Below are positions 25,285 to 34,731 of a stretch of 49,005 nt of DNA, one piece after another. Numbering within the stretch: the stretch's first letter is position 1; the number at the start of each line of letters is the position of its first letter. The stretch is from Gammaproteobacteria bacterium (lineage in GTDB: Bacteria > Pseudomonadota > Gammaproteobacteria > JBBQDK01), in contig JBGPWJ010000001.1 of the NCBI GenBank assembly GCA_041492115.1, positions 1-49,005 on the forward strand. The letters run 5' to 3'. Below the pieces are notes generated by a model, which worked only from the letters and a program-made list of their open reading frames with translations, was not told where the DNA came from and searched no databases. A program made the translations under genes and the position numbers.

Positions 25285-28272
25285 TCATTGTTGATGAATG
25301 GCGACAGCGTCCACGAGAGTGCCGGAACCATGGCAAGCGAGGCATGCCTCGGCTTTGCCGGCATTTACGCTGGTGGCGCGTGCTTCGTAGATTGCCCCAC
25401 CGTTCGTCGTCATATGCGCCTTTGCCGTACTGGTGTCGTGGCAGGAGTAACAGGCCGAGGCTATCGGTGAATTCACCAGCGTGGTGCTTTGCGCTGGAAC
25501 GGTCTCCCCGCCAGCTCCGGCGATATGCGCCGCTACAGTGACTCCCGCGCCCCCACTGCCATCGGAAGGCGTATAGCCGGCGACAACTGCCCCTTCAGGA
25601 GTGTAGGTGAAGCCATTACCATAGTCATACCCGGTGGTGATATAGGGCGACGTGTTAGCGCCCGCAGAAGTTTTCCCGGTTGCGTCTGTGCTCCACACCA
25701 ATTTTGGTGCCACGGTAGTGCCGCCAGTGGCGCCGAAATTAACGGCGTTAGTCACGTGGCACTGGTTGCAGTCCTTCAGCACGCCCGGATACTGAAGCGT
25801 TGACCAGTCCTTATTCCAGGTGTAGGCCACCGTCCGTTTGCTGCCACCGTGGATGCCATGGATATAGGTGCTGGAATCAACGGCCCAACCACTATTGACG
25901 CGATTACCGTTATGGCAGATGTTGCACGCCGTCGGGTCGTTACGCGCACCACCGTGGAACTCGGGCGAGGTGCCGAGCTGGTCGTGACAGCTGTTGCACT
26001 TGGCGACATCGGTAATCACCCGTCGTGCCGTGTAACCCGTGGCAGCGAGCTTTTTCAGCATTGCCTTGACGATCACGCCACCCGAAGCCGAGGTGTTTGG
26101 ATTAACCGACACGTTGGCGGCGGTGTAGGGATAGTCCGTCACAGTCTTCTGCGTGAAAGTTCCGATCAAAGCACCCGTAACCATTTTAGCAGTGGTGGGT
26201 ATCACAATCGGAGACGGGTTGACGCAGTTGCCGGTTATGGCGCTCGTGCTCGTATTTTGTAAGCAGGTGGCAGTGACAGGCTGCCCGACTGTGTCACCGG
26301 TCAGTGTGGCCGTGAAGTAGCCGTTGGTATCCGCCTGGTAGGCACCGCTGGAAACGGTATTACTCAGACTGCCCGCTTTAGGCGAGCCGGCGTCGACCAG
26401 CAGGTTGGCAAGAGAGACACTGGAGGACGCGTTGAAGTCAGCCGGTGCAGTGATGCCATCCTGAGGCACGGCGTAGGCCACGTACAGGCTCGGGCCGCCC
26501 GCAAATCCGGGTATCGGCTCGTAGGTGGGAGATACTTGCTGAGCACCACCCTTTGCGTTTGTAACCAGAGTCGGCACGGCAAGTGACGTCACCGCAACCC
26601 CATCCATGGTGATCTTGAACGTGATCACTGGCTGTTTGCTGCCGTTCACGGTTACGCTCTTGATGTCGTAAGAGATCGTGGATGCCACATGGGTTCTACC
26701 GTTCTTCCAGGCCCCGGCTATCGAGTTGTTCGCAGTGGCAGTGTTGGTCTGGTGGTAGACAGGAATGGTCGTTGCGTCATGACACAAGGCGCATTGGCTG
26801 TTATCGGGTTTTGCACCACCGACGTGGCCCGTCGCCGTCGTACCGACTGGGTTTTTCGCAGCAACATCCGTATTCCTGTTAGCCAGGGTTATTCCTGAGC
26901 CGGTGGCAAAGTTGATGCCGTCGTGGCAGGAGCCGCAGGCCAGAATGCTGGGTTTGTTCTTCCAGTTGTCGCCATCCGAGGTCATGTTGACTGCGGTTGC
27001 CGAACCATCGTGGCACTTGGTGCAATCCCGCTGGTCCTGCGGGAAGCCGACCAGGTTGTAGCACTGGCCGAGATTCGCAACAGCCTTTGTGGAGTCATAG
27101 CCAACGGCTCCAGGAGTGTTGCAATGGCCATTCAGGTTGTAGCCGGTCTTGACCAGTTGGTCACCCATGTGCGTCTGGTGGATCATGCGGGGGTAGGTGA
27201 ACGCTGCCTCGCCAGTGGTTGTCCTGTAGTATTTTGTCGTAAGGGCGGGAGAACCGTTCGAATTCGTACCCTCGACTACATTGGCAAAACCGTATTTGGT
27301 CTGGTCGGTGTGGCAGGTCACGCAGAGTCTCGGATCATTGCGACCGACAAATGACCCAGGAGGAATCCCGTTGGTAGCACTGGTGGTGCTGACATGGCCG
27401 ATACCCTTGCCATCGTGGCACGCGGTGCAGGAGGCTTTCTCGACGATGTCGCGCATGGTCGCGACAGCTCCACCGGCGGGAACGAAGTCATAGCCTATGT
27501 TGAAGGTATTAACCAGGGGAACAGGAGTCGTTACTTGCACGGCATTCGGGGTATTGGTACCGGTACCAGGTTGGCTGCCTTGGATAACGATTCCCAGACG
27601 GTGCGTCAGAGTCGGTTCATAGCTCACGTCGCCCAGATCGGCTTTAATGTGAGTGGCGTCATCCGTCAGGCCGGCAGCAATTGTAGCGGCCTGCTTGATA
27701 TCCCGGTAGAAAGTGTACTGGTAGGTGCCGTCACCATTGTCGACCAGGGTGCCTTCCTGATCAGGAGTCGGGTAGGTACCTGCCCAAGTCACCCCTCCGT
27801 TCACCACTGCTCCGGTGGTTCCCGTCGCAACCGGTTTGGTTACCAGGTAGTTAACCCACTTGCTGGGGTCGCCGTTCGTGCCGGGTACCAGCTTGGCCAG
27901 CGTAAAGAAAAAGTTGTAGTTCTTGGGAGTAAGCGCGGTGGCGGATTGGGATTGACCGCCAAGCCCAACCACCGGATAGCCATATTGATCGGTCACCTTG
28001 AATTTCACCACGGGTGGGCTGTTGATGCTGACAGTAATGCTGGTGGGATCAATGCTGGGTCTGAGTGCTGTCCACTGGGCAGCCGTCAGGATCGCTCCAT
28101 TTACCGTAGCGGTGGCGTCCTTACCAGGGGCGCCAGGGGCACCAGGAGCGCCAGGAGCGCCAGGGATACCAGCACCAGGGACGCTAACGGTTCCGCTGGA
28201 TCCACCGCCGCAACCGGTCAGCGTACCGATCACCAGGGCCACCAGGCCCAGTCGAACAAGCTTGGATTTCAT
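25285..28272 (-). CDS. OmcA/MtrC-family decaheme c-type cytochrome lipoprotein (995 aa)
   Basis: The lipobox is LTGC (Cys21), followed by a collagen-like stretch GAGIPGAPGAPGAPGAPGK. The ten CXXCH motifs are arranged 5+5 around a central beta-rich domain: CTACH, CVTCH, CTKCH, CGSCH, CALCH / CNSCH, CNICH, CNQCH, CYSCH, CLACH. It is a paralog of the gene at 30859 (shared LVD-GDGTY-YT-Y, Y-PTLTHR-GI and ACGSCHD-INF). Confidence 0.9.
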   Translation of the reverse strand: MKSKLVRLGLVALVIGTLTGCGGGSSGTVSVPGAGIPGAPGAPGAPGAPGKDATATVNGAILTAAQWTALRPSIDPTSITVSINSPPVVKFKVTDQYGYPVVGLGGQSQSATALTPKNYNFFFTLAKLVPGTNGDPSKWVNYLVTKPVATGTTGAVVNGGVTWAGTYPTPDQEGTLVDNGDGTYQYTFYRDIKQAATIAAGLTDDATHIKADLGDVSYEPTLTHRLGIVIQGSQPGTGTNTPNAVQVTTPVPLVNTFNIGYDFVPAGGAVATMRDIVEKASCTACHDGKGIGHVSTTSATNGIPPGSFVGRNDPRLCVTCHTDQTKYGFANVVEGTNSNGSPALTTKYYRTTTGEAAFTYPRMIHQTHMGDQLVKTGYNLNGHCNTPGAVGYDSTKAVANLGQCYNLVGFPQDQRDCTKCHDGSATAVNMTSDGDNWKNKPSILACGSCHDGINFATGSGITLANRNTDVAAKNPVGTTATGHVGGAKPDNSQCALCHDATTIPVYHQTNTATANNSIAGAWKNGRTHVASTISYDIKSVTVNGSKQPVITFKITMDGVAVTSLAVPTLVTNAKGGAQQVSPTYEPIPGFAGGPSLYVAYAVPQDGITAPADFNASSSVSLANLLVDAGSPKAGSLSNTVSSGAYQADTNGYFTATLTGDTVGQPVTATCLQNTSTSAITGNCVNPSPIVIPTTAKMVTGALIGTFTQKTVTDYPYTAANVSVNPNTSASGGVIVKAMLKKLAATGYTARRVITDVAKCNSCHDQLGTSPEFHGGARNDPTACNICHNGNRVNSGWAVDSSTYIHGIHGGSKRTVAYTWNKDWSTLQYPGVLKDCNQCHVTNAVNFGATGGTTVAPKLVWSTDATGKTSAGANTSPYITTGYDYGNGFTYTPEGAVVAGYTPSDGSGGAGVTVAAHIAGAGGETVPAQSTTLVNSPIASACYSCHDTSTAKAHMTTNGGAIYEARATSVNAGKAEACLACHGSGTLVDAVAIHQQ

Positions 28273-28290
28273 GTTTCACCCCTCGCGTTA

Positions 28291-28656
28291 TTAATCATAA
28301 TTGCAACCCGGATAAGAAAACCCGTATTTAAAAACATTTAAAAAAACAGCGGCCCTCATGAGGCGGTTGATCAGCGCTCTGCCATCGGGCAGATGGCGCG
28401 CCAGTTTCACCAGGCCGCTGCGGACGGTGTAGATGGCGTTATCATCACAGCCATGCTGGTAGATGACCGCACCCTTCTCGTAGCTGAGTTCATCGATGGG
28501 CGCGTAAATACCCTGGATGATATGGTCCAACTCGCCTGGAGACCGATCGCTGAACAGTACTTCGTGAAGGATGTTGGAGGTGCGGCATACCGACCGTCCA
28601 ACCCAGGTCGGATAGCACATGCATGGACTATGATTCTTCTGGTTTATCACAAGCAT
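28291..28656 (-). pseudogene. Truncated duplicate of the FNR-like regulator (N-terminal ~103 aa only)
   Basis: MLVINQKNHSPCMCYPTWVGRSVCRTSNILHEVLFSD... parallels the gene at 23782-24540 until homology stops at about 28347. The frame then reads into unrelated sequence. The fourth Cys is replaced (CRTC becomes CRTS). No HTH is present. Confidence 0.7.
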
Positions 28657-28790
28657 CCACTTTGCTGATTAGATTCGCCTGGCCGCTCTTAGCGTTGACC
28701 ATGCCTGCAAGCCTCTTTAGTCAGTTTAATGAGATCAAATTTTTGCCTTGCCGTAATTGCGTATTATCAATATCAAAAAAAAGAAGCGAT
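28347..28790. repeat. Segmental duplication, copy B
   Basis: This is the counterpart of 24231-24698. Together the two copies bracket the ComEA-like and OmcA/MtrC-like genes. Confidence 0.8.
28757..28770. promoter_or_regulatory. FNR-box-like site TTGCG-TATT-ATCAA in the duplicated promoter
   Basis: This is the same half-conserved box as at 24672-24685. It now lies upstream of the pseudo-fnr and decaheme gene pair. Confidence 0.35.
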
Positions 28791-28974
28791 GAAGGAACAT
28801 ATGGAATGATTCAGCGCGTAGCGCGATGTACGACGCTGGAATTGTGTTTTGTCAAAGAGAGCAGCGATGAAGGAGTGCTTTGAGCAATTCTGCGCGAAGC
28901 GCATAGAGCAAGGTATGACGGCTCCCGCGTAGCCGGAGGGCCGGATGTTTTATCGGAGTTCACGCGAAAGCGCG
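28781..28974. repeat. Imperfect direct repeats (78-bp spacing, third partial copy) in a noncoding spacer
   Basis: GCGATGAAGGA occurs at 28786 and 28864. TTC-N-GCGCG-N-AGCGC occurs at 28810 and 28888, and in degenerate form at 28959. Confidence 0.45.
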
Positions 28975-29148
28975 GGTGGATACAAAATATAAAGGCAACC
29001 GGTCCGGCGTCAGTCAGTGTGGGAACTGTGGCGCGGTGCGCAAGATGTCGCGGGCGCCGAAGGCATAAAACTGCCGCCAACTTCTCGCTCCCGAGGGAGC
29101 TAGGGATATCCCGTCGGGTTTCGCGAAAAATGGCGGCACCGTGCCGTG

Positions 29149-29775
29149 TTATTCAGATTCCGCGTAATCCTTCGGCAGTTTATGGCCAATGCCCTTGTGG
29201 CAATCGATGCAGGTTTCCCCCGATGCCTGCTGGTGTTCGAGCGTGTGCTTCTTGCGCGCGCTCTTATCCTGCAGTTCGGTATTCATCGATTCAAAGGAAT
29301 GGCAGTTGCGGCATTCCCGTGAATCGGTTTTTTTCATCTTGGCCCAGACATCCTTGGCAAGACTGAGGCGTACTGCTGTGAACTTTTCCTTGGTGTTAAG
29401 GGTGCCCATCAACCATATAGGTAATTCATTCAGCGTGGCCGCAATCTTGGCTTTCATTTTCGGTAAAAAAACTTTTGGGACGTGACAATCGGAACAGATG
29501 GCCCGCACACCGCTGGCATTCTTGTAATGCACGCTTTCCTGGTATTCAGCGAACATGTTGTCTTTCATTTCATGACAGGAATTTGCGCAGAACTCCAGAC
29601 TATTGGTGTAATGCAGTACCTCCTCGAAGCCGGCCCAAATGGCACTGCCAATAAATAACGCCAGGAATCCGCCGAGCGGTACGCCCACCATCCACCAGAC
29701 TTTGGATCTGCGCCATACGAAATGCCTGTGGGAATCAGGGTCGTGACTTTCTTTTGGATCGGACATGCACAGCAC
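29149..29775 (-). CDS. NapC/NirT-family membrane-anchored tetraheme cytochrome c (CymA-like quinol dehydrogenase)
   Basis: The N-terminal TM is VWWMVGVPLGGFLALFIGSAIWAGF. The four CXXCH motifs are CANSCH-context CHEM, CSDCH, CRNCH and CIDCH. Confidence 0.9.
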   Translation of the reverse strand: MLCMSDPKESHDPDSHRHFVWRRSKVWWMVGVPLGGFLALFIGSAIWAGFEEVLHYTNSLEFCANSCHEMKDNMFAEYQESVHYKNASGVRAICSDCHVPKVFLPKMKAKIAATLNELPIWLMGTLNTKEKFTAVRLSLAKDVWAKMKKTDSRECRNCHSFESMNTELQDKSARKKHTLEHQQASGETCIDCHKGIGHKLPKDYAESE

Positions 29776-29839
29776 CTCTCGTTAAGCCGTTAGACAAGCG
29801 CGAGCCTTCGCGCCACCTGGAATCGCCATTTCATCCGTA

Positions 29840-30472
29840 TTATTGGAAGCTTCCGAAATAGTTGATGAGGTCGTCGATATCCGTTTTTTGCAGCTTCTCG
29901 AGTTTAGGCTGCATTTTTTTCGGGACGGGACGCTTGTTGGAAGTGAACTCATCAAACGTGTGCTGGATATACGGCATCCACTGTCCGGCCAGAATGCCGG
30001 CATCGTCATCCGGCGAGCTGCCGCCGTTGTCATGGCATTTCTTGCAGTTGGCGTCATGCAGTATCTTGCCGCGCTTGGCCTTGTCCGCATCGAAAGTCTG
30101 TTTTGCGCGGACGAACGGTTTGGAGGATAAATAACCCGCGATGAGTTTCATATCTTCATCCGACAGATCCTTGGTGACCTTGCACATATCCATGGGTTCG
30201 CCTTTGTGTGGGCCGGCGTTGAACTTCACCTCAGGACATGGCCGGTCCTTGTTCTTGTAGTTCTTAAGACTGTCGGTTAGGTAGGCCGCCGAATAACCGC
30301 CGATGATCGGCACATCCGAGGTGGTACTGGCGCCGTCCTTGCCGTGGCAGTCGGCGCAGGTTTCAACTAATTTGTTTACGTCGGCGGCGTCTGCGCTGCT
30401 GACGATGGTTAAACTGCACAGTGCGGTTCCAGCCAACAGCATTGCATATGCGGTGGTCATTTTCGTCTTCAC
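29840..30472 (-). CDS. Periplasmic diheme class-I-type cytochrome c
   Basis: The signal peptide is MKTKMTTAYAMLLAGTALCSLTIVSSADA. The two CXXCH motifs are CADCH and CKKCH. The stop lies 64 nt upstream of the CymA-like gene on the same strand. Confidence 0.85.
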   Translation of the reverse strand: MKTKMTTAYAMLLAGTALCSLTIVSSADAADVNKLVETCADCHGKDGASTTSDVPIIGGYSAAYLTDSLKNYKNKDRPCPEVKFNAGPHKGEPMDMCKVTKDLSDEDMKLIAGYLSSKPFVRAKQTFDADKAKRGKILHDANCKKCHDNGGSSPDDDAGILAGQWMPYIQHTFDEFTSNKRPVPKKMQPKLEKLQKTDIDDLINYFGSFQ

Positions 30473-30656
30473 GTACTGCCCTCCAATTTAAGCGTCGGAA
30501 TCTACGGTTACCCGGCAAGCGCACACATGTCTCAACTCGGCGCTGCGTCGTACCTGGCCCTTAACCTCAGGGATTGCGCGGGTATACTGAGCAACTGCTC
30601 GCAGCAACCAGCGATCTGCTGGATTATCGTATAGCAGACTCCGGCGCGACCTTACA

Positions 30657-30670
30657 TTGACAATTATCAA
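30657..30670. promoter_or_regulatory. FNR/CRP-type box TTGAC-AATT-ATCAA
   Basis: The site matches the TTGAT-N4-ATCAA consensus at 9 of 10 positions. It lies in the divergent promoter region between the diheme/CymA-like operon and mtrCAB. Confidence 0.55.
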
Positions 30671-30755
30671 ACATGAAAGACTCAAGACTGCATATTGATT
30701 ATTTTCTGCACCAAGCAGAACGGCCATTCACTCATCATTCTTGATTTCTCTTCTA

Positions 30756-30769
30756 TTGATTATTGTCAA
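30756..30769. promoter_or_regulatory. FNR/CRP-type box TTGAT-TATT-GTCAA
   Basis: The site matches the consensus at 9 of 10 positions and ends 90 bp upstream of the mtrC-like ATG at 30859. Confidence 0.55.
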
Positions 30770-30858
30770 CGAATCATCAGGCGCGCTATGGCATATGTAG
30801 GCCAAGGTTTTCAGGCATGCAGTATTCTGCAGGTCAACATCCATACAGGAGACGTGCT

Positions 30859-33483
30859 ATGTTCCGGTCTTGCGTAGATTTTCAGTGGGTCAAGCGCATC
30901 CTTGTAGCCGGCGTGATCTCGGTCGCCCTGGGTGGATGTGGTGGCGGGGGTGGCGGGGGCGGTGGCGGCGCGGGCGTGCCGCCCGGCAGCGGCGGCACAG
31001 GTGACGGCGGAACGCCCACATCCAAGCCCTTCCCGAAACCGCCGGCGACGGCGCTCAATATGACGATCAACAGCGTCACCCTCCCACCTAACAGCAGTAG
31101 CCCGCCTGTCCTGGCCGTTGTGCAGTTCACCGTCACGAATGAGAAAGGCGAACGCTTCACAGGGCTGCTCCCCGCTGACCTGCGCTTTAACATCGCCAAG
31201 CTGACACCGGGTACCGGCGGCAATCCGAGCAGGTGGCAGAACTATGTCAACTCCACCCGGCAGAACACAGCGAAAACCGTAACGGCGATGCGAGGGAATG
31301 TGGAAACACCCAAGCTCTACGCACTGGATGGTTCGCCAGACGTAGCAACGGCGGGCACGCTGGTCGATCACGGTGACGGCACCTATACCTACACTTATTA
31401 CACCGATCTCAGCGACGTCTCCGTGACTTGCCCTGCACCGTGCGTGGACGCGCAGGGTAATGCGTTGGATACCACCTATGACCCAACCTTGACGCACCGC
31501 GTCGGCATTTATACCCGCAGCCCTTTGCCGACGGTGAACGGGATCAAAGACGTCAGGCCGTCGGATGGCGCCACCAGCAATCTGTTCTCGCGCGAAATCG
31601 TCACCACGGCGAAGTGCAACGAGTGCCACAACAAGCTCAACGTTCACGGCGGGCGCATCGATACCCAATTGTGCGCCACCTGCCACAACCCGGGTTCCTG
31701 GGAAGCCAACACCGGCAATACCGTGGATTTCAAGGTCTACATCCATAAAATCCATCGCGGGACAAGTCTGCCAAGCACCGTTGCCGGTACGCCCTATATG
31801 ATCGGGACAGACGATTTCTCGGATGTAGTCTTTCCGCAGGAAATCCGCAATTGCACGAAATGCCATGATGGCACCGTTGGCGCGCTGAACGCGACCGCCG
31901 AGGGCGACAACTGGAAAACCGGTCTGAGCCGGGCAGCCTGCGGCTCGTGCCATGACAATATTAATTTCTTAGTGAGCGGGCAAGCGACTTACACGGCCAC
32001 CCCGATAGCCCAACGGACCGGCCACTCGGGCGGTGTCATGACGGACGACTCTCAGTGCAGCACTTGCCACGTAGTGGGTGGGTTTGCCGGTAGCGTCGCG
32101 GCAGTTCATAACAACACCGAGGCGGGTGTGTTCATGGCCAAAGTGCAAAGGGCTAAGTTCCAATTCAATATCATTGAAATCTGCGGCACAGCCGTTGCTG
32201 CAAATCCAGTGTGCGCACCGGGCGTGACACCGACGGTGAAATTCTCGGTGACCGATCCGACGGGTGCGACAACGCACGGTCATGGCAACGCCTACAAGCT
32301 CTTTCCCGATGCCAGTGCTGCCGATCCCGAGTTCTGGGACACGGGTACGGCCAAGGCGGTCGGCAGCATGAGCGTTGACATCGCCTGGGATACGCGCGAC
32401 TACAACAACACGGGTGGCTATGCCGCGCGTCCGGCCCGCGCCAACCAGGTCAATGTCTTTGGCGCCGCCGCCGCGACCAACTACGGCTTCGCGTCGGTCC
32501 AACTCCCGCTCTATCCCAAGGCTACGGACAATGGGGATGGCACATATACCGTCACAGCACTGGGACCGATCCCGGACGGTACCGTGTTCCCGAATGTTGC
32601 CGCCACGGGCAGTGGCGCGGTCGCGATAGAAGGCCGCGCAACCGCGGATCCGCTCAGCACCATTCCTGCCACGACCGCCAGGCTTCGGATACCGATCAAG
32701 GGCGAAGTCGCCTACTTCCGCATCACCGATACCACGCCGGTAGCGCGTCGGGTTGCGGTGGACGCCATCACCAAGTGCGACAACTGTCACGATCAGCTGA
32801 GCCTGCACGGCGGCAGCCGTAATGACAATGTCCAGCTCTGCGTTCTCTGCCACAACCCGAACAATACCGACGCGCCCGCGAGTGCACGCATCAAGTTCGC
32901 CAATGGCCTGTCGACCGGCGTGGCGGCCGCCGGCAAGCCGGATGACGGCAAGAAGGAGGAGGCCATCGACTTCAAGCGCATGATTCACGGCATCCATGCC
33001 GGTGGGGCCACCTCGCTGGACGGCAGCACGACCCTAAACGGTTTCCGCACCAAGGGCATCATGGTCAGCGGCACCGACTTCAGCGATGTGCGCTTCCCGG
33101 GCATCCTCAATGACTGCACCACCTGCCACAACACCGGCACATATGAGTTGAAGGGGATCTGGGAAACGCCGACGCAAAATCATATCCTGGCGAGCACTGT
33201 CGACTCGACGCCAGGCCTGACATCGTCGAACACGTCCACCGAAGTCAATAACGCGCTGAAAAATCCGGGGGATGACTATAACATCTCGCCGATTGCGGCG
33301 GTGTGCTCGTCCTGCCATGACAGCGATGTGCAGAAGAGTCACATGCGGGACCAGGGCGCGTTATTTGGCGACGATCTTGGCAACTCCATACAGAGCCTGA
33401 TACCGGACGTCGGTGAGAGCTGCCCGGTATGCCACGGTCCTAACACTCTCTTGGATGTGAAGGTCGTCCATAATGTGCCGTAA
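30859..33483 (+). CDS. mtrC: OmcA/MtrC-family decaheme c-type cytochrome lipoprotein
   Basis: I set the start at MFRSCVDFQWVKRILVAGVISVALGGC (RBS AGGAG, 7 nt before the ATG). The lipobox Cys27 is followed by ten Gly. The ten CXXCH motifs are arranged 5+5: CNECH, CATCH, CTKCH, CGSCH, CSTCH / CDNCH, CVLCH, CTTCH, CSSCH, CPVCH. It sits first in an mtrC-A-B gene order. Confidence 0.9.
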   Translation: MFRSCVDFQWVKRILVAGVISVALGGCGGGGGGGGGGAGVPPGSGGTGDGGTPTSKPFPKPPATALNMTINSVTLPPNSSSPPVLAVVQFTVTNEKGERFTGLLPADLRFNIAKLTPGTGGNPSRWQNYVNSTRQNTAKTVTAMRGNVETPKLYALDGSPDVATAGTLVDHGDGTYTYTYYTDLSDVSVTCPAPCVDAQGNALDTTYDPTLTHRVGIYTRSPLPTVNGIKDVRPSDGATSNLFSREIVTTAKCNECHNKLNVHGGRIDTQLCATCHNPGSWEANTGNTVDFKVYIHKIHRGTSLPSTVAGTPYMIGTDDFSDVVFPQEIRNCTKCHDGTVGALNATAEGDNWKTGLSRAACGSCHDNINFLVSGQATYTATPIAQRTGHSGGVMTDDSQCSTCHVVGGFAGSVAAVHNNTEAGVFMAKVQRAKFQFNIIEICGTAVAANPVCAPGVTPTVKFSVTDPTGATTHGHGNAYKLFPDASAADPEFWDTGTAKAVGSMSVDIAWDTRDYNNTGGYAARPARANQVNVFGAAAATNYGFASVQLPLYPKATDNGDGTYTVTALGPIPDGTVFPNVAATGSGAVAIEGRATADPLSTIPATTARLRIPIKGEVAYFRITDTTPVARRVAVDAITKCDNCHDQLSLHGGSRNDNVQLCVLCHNPNNTDAPASARIKFANGLSTGVAAAGKPDDGKKEEAIDFKRMIHGIHAGGATSLDGSTTLNGFRTKGIMVSGTDFSDVRFPGILNDCTTCHNTGTYELKGIWETPTQNHILASTVDSTPGLTSSNTSTEVNNALKNPGDDYNISPIAAVCSSCHDSDVQKSHMRDQGALFGDDLGNSIQSLIPDVGESCPVCHGPNTLLDVKVVHNVP

Positions 33484-33671
33484 GTCTGCTCACTGAAAGA
33501 GTCTGGGGGCCGCGTGTCGGCTCCCCAGGCGGGAAGGTCATAACAGTGCCGGCCCTCTGAGCAATGCAGGCGGCGGCGACCGATGGACGAATCGACTGCC
33601 GGCAGCCCGCGGCGGTGGCCTCGCAATGAAGAACGGTTACCAAAGGCAACTTAACCACATTGGCTGACGAC

Positions 33672-34649
33672 ATGAATGACAAACACACACCGATGTATGC
33701 ATTGCTCTTCCTGCTGTGTTTCTTAGTGGGTGTTGCAGCCCGAGCCGAGGCGCCAGCCGCAGCCAGTCAGACATCGGCAACCGAGGATGCCAATAAAGCA
33801 TCGGCCTATACGGAAAAAGGCGCCGACACCTGTCTCAAATGTCACGATGAGGATTCGGAGTTCCCGGTCTTCGACATCTTCAAGACCAAACACGCGCAGC
33901 CGGCGGACAAGCGCTCGCCTTTTGCCGGCCTGCAGTGCGAAGCCTGTCATGGGCCCGGTGCCAATCATGCCAAGCAGGTCCCAAAAGGTCATAAACAAGC
34001 GCCAATTATCAAATACGGCGCCAAATCCTGGGTCTCCACCGAAAAGCAGAACCAGGTCTGTCTCGGCTGTCATGAGAACCAGAATCGCATTACCTGGAAG
34101 GGCGGCGCGCACAGCAACGGCGATGTCGCCTGTGTCAGTTGCCACAAGATCCACACCCCGCATGATCAGATTCTGAGTACCACCGAACAGCCGGATGTCT
34201 GCTACAAATGCCATAAGCAGCAGCGCGCTGACTTCATGAAACCGTCCACCCATCCGGTGCGTGCCGGGCAGATGGCTTGCAGCGACTGCCACAAGGTGCA
34301 CGGTGCGGTCACAGCCAATCTGCTGATCAAACCGACGCTCAACGAAACCTGTTATACCTGTCATGCCGAAAAGCGCGGACCGTTCCTGTGGGAGCATGCT
34401 CCGGTGGCCGAAGATTGCAGCAACTGTCACACAGTGCATGGCTCGATTCATCCGTCATTGCTTACCAAACGGGCGCCGCTGCTTTGTCAGCAGTGCCATT
34501 CGCAGGCCGGTCATCCGAGCACCGAGCATGGTCCTGGAGATTTACCCAGCGGCACTCCATCAGGCTTCCTACTGTCGGGCGCCTGTCTCAACTGCCATTC
34601 GCAAGTTCACGGGTCGAACCATCCTTCCGGTGTGAAACTGATGCGCTGA
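33672..34649 (+). CDS. mtrA: MtrA/DmsE-family periplasmic decaheme c-type cytochrome
   Basis: The protein has a signal peptide (YALLFLLCFLVGVAARAEA) and ten CXXCH motifs in about 300 aa. The family-typical C-terminus is CLNCHSQVHGSNHPSG. I prefer the ATG at 33672 over the TTG at 33660. Confidence 0.92.
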   Translation: MNDKHTPMYALLFLLCFLVGVAARAEAPAAASQTSATEDANKASAYTEKGADTCLKCHDEDSEFPVFDIFKTKHAQPADKRSPFAGLQCEACHGPGANHAKQVPKGHKQAPIIKYGAKSWVSTEKQNQVCLGCHENQNRITWKGGAHSNGDVACVSCHKIHTPHDQILSTTEQPDVCYKCHKQQRADFMKPSTHPVRAGQMACSDCHKVHGAVTANLLIKPTLNETCYTCHAEKRGPFLWEHAPVAEDCSNCHTVHGSIHPSLLTKRAPLLCQQCHSQAGHPSTEHGPGDLPSGTPSGFLLSGACLNCHSQVHGSNHPSGVKLMR

Positions 34650-34731
34650 CGGGCGGCAGCGGGTATGCGGCGAGCCGGAGCCGCGCGCAGACGACAGAGA
34701 CACAGAGTGGGATGTCACAGAGGCTACGACG

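Noticed and set aside
25176-25364. A 63-codon N-terminal extension of the ComEA-like ORF.
   Set aside because: It overlaps the 3' end of the decaheme gene and the two intergenic hairpins. The internal ATG at 25175 has an RBS and starts a canonical signal peptide.
30763-30858. An upstream start (30763) for the MtrC-like gene.
   Set aside because: The extension MSTNHQARYGICRPRFSG... contains the FNR box region and has no signal features. The ATG at 30859 has an AGGAG RBS and yields a lipoprotein signal.
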